Assembly: GCA_963514005.1 (NCBI GenBank) | Contig: OY740803.1 | Location: 15,562,001 to 15,626,000, forward strand | Reading direction: 5' to 3' | Origin: Raja brachyura | Lineage: Eukaryota | Length of the DNA stretch: 64,000 bases | Shown: one piece after another, positions 38,245 to 50,100 of the stretch | Position numbering within the stretch: the stretch's first letter is position 1 | How the letters are laid out: each line of letters begins with the position of its first letter | Program-made: the position numbers and the translations under genes | Notes under the pieces: generated by a model | What the model saw: only the letters and a program-made list of their open reading frames with translations | What the model was told of the DNA's origin: nothing | The model's database searches: none

Positions 38245-39060
38245 TTTAGTTTAGTTTAGAGATATAGCATGGAAACAGGCGCTCCAACCCATCAAGTCCA
38301 CGTTGACCACTTGTTCACACTAGTTCTATGTTATCTCATTTTCTCATCCACGCTCTACACACTTGGGGCAATTTACAGAGGTCAATTAACCTACAAACCT
38401 GTGCGTCTTTGGAAAGTGGGAGGAAAGCTGAGCCCAGTGAAAACATGCAAACTCCACATAGAGAGCACTCGAGGCGAGGATCAAACCTCGATATCTGGGG
38501 GTATGAGAGCAGCTCCTCCAGCTGTGCCACAGTGCCGCCCAATCTTTTCGGTAGCATCCTCAGTGGTCAGTGCTTCCAATAGTCTGAAGGATGTCTATTA
38601 GCTTATTAGTTTAGTTTAGATTAGTTTAGATATCCAGCGGGGTGGAAGATTGCAAACTTCACGTGGTCCGCCCTGTTTCGACTAATTCAATCAACTCGAC
38701 AGGCATACACAGATCAAATAGAACAAGTTCTCCTACAACTTTAGGATGTGCACGCCACAACAAAGAAGAAAAAGATATACAGCATGGAAACAGGCCCTTC
38801 AGGCCATCGAGTCCATGCCTACCAACGATCCCCACGCACCAACACTATCCTACACACACTAGGGCTAATTTACAGTTTTACCCAGCTCAATTAACCTACA
38901 AACCTGTACATCTTTGGAGCGTGGGAGGAAAACAGAGCACTCGGGGAAAACCCCACGTGGTCACGGGGAGAACGTACAAACTCCGTACTGACAAGCACCC
39001 ATAGTCAGGATCATACCTAGGTGTCTGTTGCTGTATGGCAGCAACTCTACCACTGTGCTA
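38245..39060 (-). mobile_element. Two SINE copies, the second with a nested 134-bp insertion
   Basis: (TTTAG)n tails at ~38245 and ~38606, each followed by a family body. Confidence 0.75.
38639..38772 (+). mobile_element. Short unclassified retroposon 3' end
   Basis: (GAA)-like tail; TSD AGATAT(C/A)CAGC at 38628-38638 and 38773-38783. Confidence 0.6.
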
Positions 39061-39911
39061 CCTAAGCTAGTTCCTACATATGATGTAGGAAACTGGAGGA
39101 GGAAATGAAAGTGAATAGTTGTTGAGACAAACTGAGTCTGTCACGTAGAGATAGACACTCAATAAACGTATTGGGTATTTTTAAACCACTGAGCTGCATC
39201 AGTCAGGTTTCATTGCAGCAATATCAAGGGAATAGGTTAAGTATTAGGAAAAGAAATGCTCAAGTAATTTGGGAAAGAGGGGTGTTTTGATGCGTAAATC
39301 TTTGCTGAAGTAACAACAGCTTAAGCGGTTAATCAGCTTTACCATTAAAGCATTCATCAATATTTCAGATGAAGAGCAACTGAAAGTTCCATGTGACAGG
39401 TAGACATGCTTCAACTGTAACACCTCATTCACACAGCTTGTTGAGTGCTCCTGAGGTTTAAAGCCGTATAATGGGATAAAAGTAATTAGCTAAGGCTTTG
39501 AAGTGTTGTAGTATAGATTTTAGGACTTTAGTTGCTCTGCGATTGACAGTACATCCTATCTTTTAATGTTGCTATGTTTACGATACGATACGATAGAAAT
39601 TTACTTTTTCCAGGAGGGAAATTGATCAGCCAACAGTCATAAAACATAAGGTACATGAAACATGAAATTAAAGTGACGAGTGGAAAGGACCTTGTTTCAT
39701 GTACCTTGTGCAATGATTTGGGGAGGGGGAGTGTCGGAGGGTTAGGGGAGTCAGTCTACCGCACGACAGAAGGGGGAGGAGTTGTACAGTTTGATAGCTG
39801 CAGGGAAAAAGGATCTCCAGTGGCGTTCTGTACTGCATTTTGGTGTAACCAGTCTGTTGCTGAAGGTGCTCCTCAGGAAGCGGGAGCATTACCCGTCATT
39901 CATGTCCCTCA

Positions 39912-40638
39912 CCACCAGGGGCACTGCACGATTGACAGCCCCGCCAACAGTCTGTCTGCTTTTTCATGTTTTGTTTGTTATTTCTAGTGCGTTTTAAATG
40001 TCTCTGTTAATGTGGGGGGAGGGGGAGGGGGGAGGGGAAACTTTTTTTCAGTTTCCTACCTTGCGAAGATGCGATTGTTTTCCAGGTCGCATACCCGATT
40101 GCTCTGCGGCCTATCATCGATGGAGCTGGAGGCCTCTTTGAACTGACCTTGAGCCCCACCATGAGGCATGGACTTAGCATCGGAGTCGATCCCTTCCTGG
40201 GATCGCTCCAACCGCGGCCTGCACAGACTCGGGAAAGGCTAGTTGGGAAGCACCACTGACGCATAAGTTCAACCAGCCCCGACTCGGGGTTCAATCGTAT
40301 GGCGCAGGGGAGATGACATCCCCCCCGATGCAGGAGCTAATCGCCCCGATGCGGAGGGCCCGAACCCCACCGGCCACGGGAGTCAAGATTGTCCCGTCAA
40401 CAGAGGGCTCGAGGCCCCCGACCGCGGGAGAACAAGGAAGGGAAGAGATTGAACTTTTTTTTGCCTTCCATCACAGTGAGGAATGTGGAGGAGTCACTCT
40501 GGTGGATGTTTATGTTAAAATGTATTTTGTATGTTTTGTCGCTTTTTATTTCCATGACTGACTTAGCAAATGAAATTCCTCATATGTTGCAAAACATACT
40601 TGGCTAATAAAGTATTATTGTGATTGCGATTGTGATTG
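39912..40638 (+). mobile_element. Unclassified GC-rich retroposon
   Basis: Related to 29281-30247; ends in AATAAA plus a (TTGTGA)n tail. Confidence 0.65.
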
Positions 40639-40784
40639 ATTGTATAATTTCAATGTGCAGAAAGGATGCTTCCAAATAAGGTTAACCTGCATAATTCTGC
40701 CTTCTTATCCATCAGCATATGCACTGTTAACATAAAAATCTTGACATATGAAAAATGTACAAAAAAAAGTCCTGTTTCAAACAC

Positions 40785-41400
40785 TGTCATAAAGTAACAC
40801 AGCACAGAAACAAGCCCACTGGCCCAATTTATCGCTGCCGATCAAGATCCATTCAAGCTAATCCCATTTGCCTGGGGCCAGTCCGCATAAACCTTTCCTT
40901 TCCATGTATCTGTCTAAATGTCTTTTAAAAGTTGTTGCAGTACTTGCCTCAACTTCTTCTTCTGCAGTTTATTCCATACACCCACCACCCTCTGTGTGAA
41001 AAGGTTGCCCCTCAGGTTCCTATTAAATCTTACTATTCTCACCTTAAACCTATGCCCTATAGTTCTTTATTCCCATAATCTGTGAGTCAAAGACTGTATT
41101 TTCTGCCTATCTATTCCCCTCAAGATGTTATATACCTCTACGATGTCAGCCCTCAGCATCCAGCACTCCGAGGAATAAAGTCCTGGTGTTTCCAGCTTCT
41201 CCCTGTAGTTCGGCTCGGGCAACATTCTCGTAAAATTTCTCTTTCATCTTTCCTATAGCAGGGTGACCAAAACTGAACACAATACTTCATGTGCGGTCTC
41301 GCCAGCATCTTTACAACTGTCCCAAATTCTATATTCAATTCAATGATCGATGAAGGCCAGCATGCCAAAAGCCTTCCTCACCTCCCTATCTACCTGTGAC
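40785..41400 (-). mobile_element. Old CR1 3' fragment
   Basis: 'LARPHMKYCVQFWSPCYRKD' in ORF 41153-41368, plus a 3'UTR. Confidence 0.8.
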
Positions 41401-41819
41401 AACATAAACATACTATTGGAACAACTTTCCAGATTCTCAGTACTGGTTTAAAATACTCATCAAAGTGGGTATAATACTCACTTGTACATAATTAATATAT
41501 TATTTTTAATATATAATACCCTCTTGTAAAAGACAAATTGTGAGGCTTTATTTGGTAAAATGCAGATTTTTTTTACGGTCGTTGCTCGAGTAGTGAATTG
41601 GAAAATTCCACACATTCCTAATATTGCTATAATATGGAAAATTCTAAAATAGATTATAATATCTGCAGAAATTTTTCTAAATCTGTTAACATTATGCAAT
41701 TTAAAGAACTGGAAGGCTATGATCATCAAGCTGTATTTTGAATGAAAATATTAAGAGGAAAACAGTGCCCATTGTTACATATGTTATGTATTCTCTCTAT
41801 GTAATATATCTAGGCTGGC

Positions 41820-42120
41820 CACCACAGTGCCGCAGCGGTAGAGTTTCTGTGCCGGAGACCCAGGTTCGATCCCGACTATGGGTGCTGCCTGTACGGAGTT
41901 TGTACGTTCTTCCTGTGACCGCGTTTTTCTGAGATCTTCGGCTTCCTCCCACACTCCAAAGACTTACAAGTATGTAGGTTAATTGGCTTGCTGTATGTGT
42001 AAATTGTCCCTAGTGTGTGTCGGATAGTGTTAATGTGCGGGGATCGCTGGTCGGTGCGGACTCGTTGGGTTGAAGGGCTTGTTTCCATGATGTATCTCTA
42101 AAACTAAAACTAAAAAAACT
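41820..42120 (+). mobile_element. SINE
   Basis: Head, B-box GGTTCGATCCC, body and tail. Confidence 0.8.
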
Positions 42121-42720
42121 AATCTGTTATCACCCTATAGCACATATACATATTAGAATAAGATTAAAAGTTAAATTCTGCCAATGATCTTACATTCACA
42201 AATTTTAAGCTCCAGCATCTGCAGGTCCTTCTTTAACACGCTGTTATTATTCTGATTGGTAATAACGTGTGGCATCAGTTGATTAATTACTTAGATGACA
42301 CAAAGCACTTTATTGAGTTGCCAATGTTTCCTTTCATAACTCTTTTGTGATTTTTATTATATTATGCATTTTGGGGACTTGTAAAAAAAACGTACAGTAT
42401 GTTTTTGCTTTGTGACTCCATCAACTGAACTGTCTAAGATTTCCTATTTTAACTTACAGAAAATAGTTTTGATTAATGCTATCCCCCATGGGATTAAATA
42501 TGAATTGGATTACATGCTAAATTAAAATTAGTGCTGTTGTGCACCACATATGAGTATTAAATATAATTTGCTGCTGGTTGTACACTTTCTCCTCTTCAAA
42601 CACACCTCCATCTATAATATATTCATCTTTCCCATTCCAGAATATGTACCTGCCTTGTTGATCTCTCATCATTCACACTTGAGATCCTGATATCTTGAAA
42701 TCGAGGAACCCCATTGTCTT

Positions 42721-42922
42721 GTAGATAGACACAAAATGCTGGATCACTGGGTCAGGCAGCATCTCTGGAAAAAAGTAATAGGTGATGTTTCAGATTGAGA
42801 CCCTTCTTCAGACCTGAAACGTCGCCTGTTCCTTTTCTCCAGAGAAGCGGTCTGACCTGCTGAGTTACTGCAGCTTTTTGTGTCTATTTTCGGTATAATC
42901 CAGCATCTGCAGTTCCTTCCTA
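42721..42922. mobile_element. Fold-back Penelope pLTR-derived element with 11-bp TSD
   Basis: Inverted arms; TSD CCCATTGTCTT at 42710-42720 and 42923-42933. Confidence 0.8.
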
Positions 42923-43989
42923 CCCATTGTCTTTTACGTGTGCAGAGAAAAATATGACTATGAATGCAGTGCACAATAACTTATACATTCAAATGATTTG
43001 AAATAAAGTGCCTTTGGGCTTATGGTTCAGTTTCAATAAATTGGTAGCATTTGTAGGAAATATAATTTACCCTGATCATGATTAATGTTCTTTTAAAGTC
43101 TCGGGTGATCAAGAAGTAGACTTGTGTCCTAAAGATTGTTTTGATAAGACGAGAAATGAGTGAATTACATTGCTGAATATCTTTCATATTGTCTCCAACT
43201 ATAAATTGGAGATCGGCTTTGATATATTGAGCATAATGGTTAGATTCATCTGGCTCTACAGCCTCTGAACGAATCTTTATTTTATTTGCATTTAGCATAT
43301 ACACAAACTACCAACATCAGTTCTAAATAATCAGTGTGATGGAAATCAATCATGCATGCTTCATCGAGATTTGTATTAGGGATAAATGGCAACATGTCTA
43401 TATCATAAGCAAAGACAGACGTAGAAACTGTTATTCTGAGGATATAAAGCAGTCCTTTGACAACCATGCAGGATAAAGTATTTGAGTCACATAATAAATA
43501 CATTTAGCTGTGTAATTATTAATGAATGTTATTGTTGTAAATAATCATTAATTTAATCACAACCTAACATTTATGTATTCACTAATTAAAACCAATTAAT
43601 CATGAGCAAGAGCTCTTGGGTCTCAGAGTGTTACGTGTAATCTATAATAGACCTTAACTTGCTGTCAACAGTCTGGCAATGGACACATTGATAAAGGACA
43701 GACCCACCTTTTGCAGACACTTGGAATCCACTTGACGTTTAATCCTGATCCAAAATGCTGAGGGCATTGTGTAATGTAATGCCACCTCACGTAAAGGCCA
43801 GTATGAAACACACTGTGCAAAAAGTGTGCAAAAAAAAAACGACAGCTAATATAACCATATCACCGGGCTTTGACTATTGCCAAAAACATTAAGGACTCTG
43901 AATACTTTTTAATGCCCTGTTATTCAAAAAAATTAATGATTTCTCATTTAAAAATATATAAAATACTAAATACAGACAATAAATGCAAG

Positions 43990-44350
43990 AGTGACTCAGG
44001 CAGTATCTCTGCAGAAAAGGAATAGGTGACGTTTCGGATCAGAATCCTTCTTCACATCGAAAATTACAGAAGGATAGAACAAATCAGGGCTGGCAACAGA
44101 TGACCTCCGAAAGGGTGGAGTCAATAATAATCCATTGTTGACTGGGGAAGATGTGCTAATGACAGGAATACAAGGATGTAAACAGTGGAACTAGTAGGGT
44201 GATTAGGGTGGGGGCAGGAATGCAGGAGTTACTTGTAATTAGAGAGATTAATGTTCATACCACTGGGTTATAACTTGTCCAAGTGAAATATGAGGTGCTG
44301 TTCCCCCAATTTGAGTGTAACCTCGTTCTGACAATGGAGGAGGCCCAAGC
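43990..44350 (-). mobile_element. Penelope-like 3' fragment
   Basis: Homologous to 31715-32130. Confidence 0.75.
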
Positions 44351-46350
44351 CAGATATGGATAGTGTTAGTGTGCGGGGACCGCTGGGCAGTGCGGACTTG
44401 GTGGCCTGAAGGGCATGTTTCCACACTGTCTCTCTAAACTAAACTAGAAGTGAGAATTATTTAAAAAGGTAAAAGACTAGTAAACATTGGTATGGGAAGG
44501 AATGTGGGTGTTCTTGTTCACATATTCTAGTTAGCTTTTCAGAAAGCTAATGATATGTTAGTGGTTATTATGAAGAATGAAATATAATGAAATCTTATTT
44601 CAATCAAATGAGTGTTTGTTGAGACCACACCTGCAGTAATTTAGATTCCATGCCTGAGAAAGAATATACTTGGCGTGGTGGGGTACAAATATACATTTTT
44701 TGATGGCTTAACTGTTTGCTGAAGATGCCTGGATCCTGTTGGCTCTCATTGCAGATTCCAGGCAGAACAACAGTTTAAGGAAAGTGGTTAACTAGTTTAG
44801 TTTAATTTAGTTTATTTACATATTGACATGTGTACCGAGGTACAGTGAAAAGTGATTTGTTGTGTGCTATCCAGTCAGTGGAAAGACAATATATGATTAC
44901 AATCGATCCATTTACAATGTATACATACCTGATATTTAAGAATTATGTAACAAGGTATTCTTTCACATTTCCAATTTTTGCTCTGCTTATCTCAGATTGC
45001 TGTGAGTCATACCATAGTGAGTCATAGAGAAATACAGCAAGGGCCCCTTGGCCCACCGTGTGCCCGTTGTTTATGAACCATCCCTTTACACTAATCCTAC
45101 ACTACTCTCATCCAACTTTATTCTTTCCACATTGTAGCGATGTTACAAAACCTACCATCAGCGGTGCTACAAGTCTGCCACTGCCGGTGTGTGCGATTCC
45201 GGAGGCTTTGGGGGGGGAGGGGGAATTAAAATGTAGGTTTGTATTGGTTGTCGGAGAGGGAATTCATCGGGCTGCTAGCTGAAGAAGTAAAATTGTTTGC
45301 GCTTCCGTTCGCAGGTTTTAAAACAAAAATGCTGTACCATTGCGTCGCTGTATTGACTTTAAACACGACTAAAAAAGCTTTCACCGCCTACAACATCACA
45401 GATCGCAAGTGCAGGACAAAACAAAAGGTATGTCGTTTATTTAACATATTATTTTGCTCTTTGGTGTGACTTTATTTTAATCTTATGATGCGAAAATGTT
45501 ATTTAGGCCCATACGAATCGGCCGTGTCTTGTCCGCCGATATGGCCTTAAAGTTTTCGGCAACTGCAACATTCCAATCGATCACATTCCAGAAATATCCA
45601 CTTTTAAGATGATCAAAATCTTTTTTGGACAATCATGTCATAAGAGCATCTAAATCATCTATAGTTTGTGTTATTGTCTATCCATGATCAATATTCTCAT
45701 ACTAAATATCCACAACAGTTTTAGTCAGATGTATTGTGCAAAAAATAATGATTTTATCTTGAGAGTGGATGTTTCTGGATTAATATATGGGAATTAAACA
45801 TTAAATTCCTTCCAGTTGGCATATAAATTCATGACAAAGTGAGATTTTAAAATCATGTTATAATGTGAACGCATATGAATTGGATCAGTTTGTTATTTGT
45901 TATTTGGCTACTTAGGCTATTTAAAAAAAAATGCTTTCTCTTAAGAAATGGATAGATGTTTAGATCTAGTAAATGAATTTAGATGAATTTAATTGACTAG
46001 ATGAATTGATTTAATGAATGTTTCGTTGGGTATTTACTATTTCTTTTAGCGTTTAACGTTATCATTTCTACCTTTTTATCTAAAACTGCAAATAATAACT
46101 TGTTTCTGTTAATGCTGTCAGTGTCTTTTTTTTCTTTACATTTTAAACAGATGTCTCCCAAGAAGAAATGCAAAATTGTCAATCCAAATTCCCAGCAAAA
46201 GAGACTGATTTAGACAGCATTCGCAGAGATTATCCGAATTTGGACTACTCCAAATGTGATGATCTACAGGACATTCTTAATGGGAAAGTAGTGGGCAGAA
46301 AGGCATGTCATGTGTGGTTTGAAGAGCAAAAACTTGTAGTTTACAATGCC

Positions 46351-46833
46351 AGGTTAATTGGCTGCTGTAAATTGGTTAATTGCCCCTAGTTGCAGGATCG
46401 TGCACACGGTGATCGGTGGTCGGCGTGGACTGGGTTGGCCGTAGGGCCTGTTTCCGTGCTGTATCTCTAGAGTCTAAAGTCCAAAATGGATGTAGCCCCA
46501 TCGATCATACAGACCAGCGTCCCCACCTTTGACTTCATCTACACTCCAGGATGCCTCAGCACCCAACATAATCAAAGACTTGTCACACACTGGTCATTCT
46601 TCTTCTCTCCTCTCCCATACAGCAGAAAATACAGAAGCTTGAAATGTATGCCACCGGACATTGGAACAGCTTCCTCCTCATGGTATCAGCTTCTAAAGAG
46701 TCCTTCCATAAGCTAGAGTTCCATCTAATCTGTCCTCTGCGTTTTTGTGCAGCTTAAAGCAAGACAATGGTGACCTTCACAATGAACCACCATATAGCCA
46801 CCATATCCAACATCTCAGCTTGTGTTCTTCGAG
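46351..46833 (-). repeat. Inverted copy of 34959-35427
   Basis: Aligns by eye at high identity with scattered substitutions and one ~14-bp indel; ORF track entries 35063-35293(-) and 46486-46716(+) are near-identical. Confidence 0.9.
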
Positions 46834-46865
46834 TTGAGTTGATCCTGCATTTCGTGTCTATCTTC

Positions 46866-47163
46866 AATAGTCCAATCGTAGGAGTGGAGGCGGATCCGGA
46901 TCCGCAACAGCCGTGCGCCCCAGGCCGAGTTCGACGATCGTTTTCGTGCTTCTGCTGCTGTTGGAGGTGAGACATTGTGTCGCGCCAGGGTCTTGGGCCT
47001 GTCCCACTTTGGCCGTCAGTTACGCGACAGGCCGGTGGCGCGTGAAGATTTCATGCAGAACGAAGTCCACACTCCTCCACGCCACTCCATGCACCCGTCC
47101 CCACGCTACCCACATGCTAGCAGGTGAATGGCACGTGAATGACGGCCAAGTGCGACGGGCCCT
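46866..47163. mobile_element. Partial Harbinger-like MITE
   Basis: GGGCCTGTCCCACTTTGGCCGTCA (46995-47018) is inverted at 47140-47162; CpG-rich. Confidence 0.6.
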
Positions 47164-50100
47164 TGAGAGGTGATCTTATAGAGGGGTATAAGATCATGAG
47201 GGGGATAGATAAGGTAAACTTTGTGCAGAGTCTGTCACCCAGAGGAGGGGAATTGAAAACCAGAGGACATGCGTTTATGGTCAGAGGGATCTGAAGGGCA
47301 ACTTTTTTCACACACAGGATAGCGGATTCCCATCAAAGTAAATCTATAAGTCGAATCGGTATTTCACTGTCCTATCTGGGACACAAAGGGTGGTAAAGGG
47401 TGGTAGGGTGGTAAAGAAACCCAGACTGCCTTGAAAATTCAAAATGTGATATTCTCAAGATCAGAACTTTAATATTATTGTATTATATGCTGTAAGTCCG
47501 TAACAGATAGGTAAATAAATTACAAATTCTATCAATAGACCAAGTCTTTATGGAGAAAATCAGTTGCTAGCTGGTACGTTGCAATATCATAATCAGTATC
47601 ATCATACTCCTCAGATTGTAACCAATAAGCAACTCTGTACACCTTGTTTTTTCTCAACTTTTCATTTCAGGTCATCCAAGTAAGATGTTTCATATTTGTT
47701 TCAGAATGCTTCAACCTGTAATAACTGAAATTTTCATTCTGTTCTCTTAATTTTTAACAAAGTTATGGGCTTTTGACTGTCCTCGATCACGGCTTTTGCG
47801 TTGTCAATGGAAAAGCAATAGGGAACGAGATGCTAATTTCCGAGTATGAAAATGGCTCTAACTTTTGTAATACTGAAGATATAAAAGTTAATTTGGTATC
47901 AAGTTAAAGTTATTTTTATGCTTTATCTCATGGAATAAATGACAGGCTTGATTTTTATAATCTCAAAATGTTGTAACATTCTTACATATATTGTCATCAA
48001 TTCCCTCCAGATTCTACTGTTCATCAAAAGGGCCCATTTACAGCAGCCATTCAACCCACCAACATGCACGTCTTTAGCGATGTGGGAAGAAACCGAAGCA
48101 CCTGGAGGAAACCCACGCAGTCGGCGAAATAATGTGCAAAGTCCATGCAGACAGCTCCCGAGGTCAGGATTGAACTGGGGTCTCTGCTGCTGTGAGGCAG
48201 CGGCTCTACCAGCTGCACCACTGTGCCGCCCAATTTAAACAATCTGGAAAAGTCCAGTCTGGCAAGGTTACAAATCATCAGCATTTTCTCAATCATAGCA
48301 CAGGATTGGAAGATGATATTAATAGTGTGTCAGGTATCACTTACAGTATGGCCTCAGTGATCTGTTCACTGATGTCCAGTTTGGGTTCTGACAGTACCAC
48401 TCACCTCTAGACTCCTTTACAGCCTTTGTCAAGCAGATGAATTCTTGAACTGAGATGAGAGGAATTGTCCACAACACCAAGGCTGTACTTGGAGGACAAT
48501 AGTAGCAAGGAGCTCTGGCAATATTGAAGCTAATGAAATCCAAGAGAAAATTATTCCCAAGCTACAGTTATTCTCATGCAAATATATAGCACAAGTTGCT
48601 AATGAAGGGAAGATAGTTGAGGCAGGTACTATAATGGGATTTAAAAGACATTAGGATGTGTACATGGATAGGAGAAGTATAGAGGGATATGGGCCAAATG
48701 CAGGAACATGGGGCTGGATTAGATGGGGCACCTTGGTCAGCCAGGATGGGTTGGGCCGAAGGACCTGGTTCTGTGCTGTATGACTATGAATGGCCTTATT
48801 GTGGTATATTTTATAATGCTGCACCTGGAGTGAATTAATTTAGAGGACGGTTGATATGTGGCCATTAATGTTGCTGCTTGTTCTTGGATGGGATTGTGAT
48901 TCATAATCCAGAGGGGCAGGTGGAAAATATTCCATCACACTGCTGTCTTGTGCCTTGTAAGGTATGGGAAGTGAGCCAAACATTACAGGATACTCAGCCT
49001 CTGCTTTACTCTAATAGCCACAATGTTTATTTGATTGGTCTAGTTATATATCTGTTCAATGGTTATGATCTGGATGTCAATGCTGAGTCAATGCTGAGTA
49101 TGTAGAGACATTCAACAAGGAAACAGGCCCTTTTGCCCAACTTCCCCATGCTGACCAAGATGCCCCATTAACACAATGAATGAAAGAATGAATAAATAAA
49201 TAATGCTTTATTGTCACATACACCTAAGTACAGTGAAATATTTGTTTTGCATACAATACACAAAGTATGCAAAGAGTCGCCATGTGTAGGGTGCAGGAAG
49301 TATTCATTATAGTTCCGTTGGAACCTCTTCATTCTTGGCGCCCCCTCCACCCCCCAACCCCCCCAATGCCGGGTCCCTCTTTGTTCTCTCGAAGGCCCCT
49401 CCACACCGTGTCCCTCTGTCTCTCGGCAGCCCCCACCTCCATGATGGTCCCTCTTTGCCTGCTTTTGGCCCATCTCCTTCCAAACCGTTCCCTTCCATGT
49501 ACCTGTCCAGATGGAGGACGAAGGACCATCAATCTTCGATTTAAGGTTGGAACAACACGTTCCTTCAGACATTTGTCAACAAATCACCACTTGGTCCTCA
49601 GACATATGTGTTCTACTAATGCTGCATCTGGCCAAGTGATGTCGTTTAACGCAGTTAAACAAGCCACTCAGTCATCAAGCTCCACTGTTGCTGGTGATGA
49701 CAGCAACAAGCTTGTGAACAGTACCAGCAGCCATCACCTTTCCATTACTCATTGGTGTGAACTCTAACGTGCATGAGAGCAGCGTGGATAGACCAGAGCA
49801 AAAGCTCCAGTGATAGCACATAGCAAGAAGGAAACATTTTTTTGAAGGAGAGAAATAACAAAGTTTGCATAACTGTGGCCTTCATGAGTCAACGGCAACT
49901 TACAATCTGGGCAACGTTTCTAGTGAAACCATATGTAGAGAAATACAAGTATTTCTAAATATATGTGTGGCTTGGAAAGAGAAACATTATCCAGACATCC
50001 AAAATTAGAATAATAATTGTTGAAAAGGCTTTGCTCCAGAAATGGTGCCTTGCCAGGATATGCGTACTTAAACTGGCAATGAATCCACTGCGATGTTTTA

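Larger units (their letters stand above)
45135..47984. mobile_element. Composite non-autonomous DNA transposon (possibly hAT-like) inserted in a SINE
   Basis: Imperfect TIRs TAGCGATGTTACAAAA / TGTTGTAACATTCTTA; host SINE halves at 45025-45134 and 47994-48230 rejoin; degenerate 8-9 bp TSD ending in ATTG. Confidence 0.6.

Noticed and set aside
34959-46833. 11-kb inversion with duplicated breakpoints
   Set aside because: The left copy is continuous with the rest of its SINE on the inner side, which fits one-way copying rather than a staggered-break inversion.
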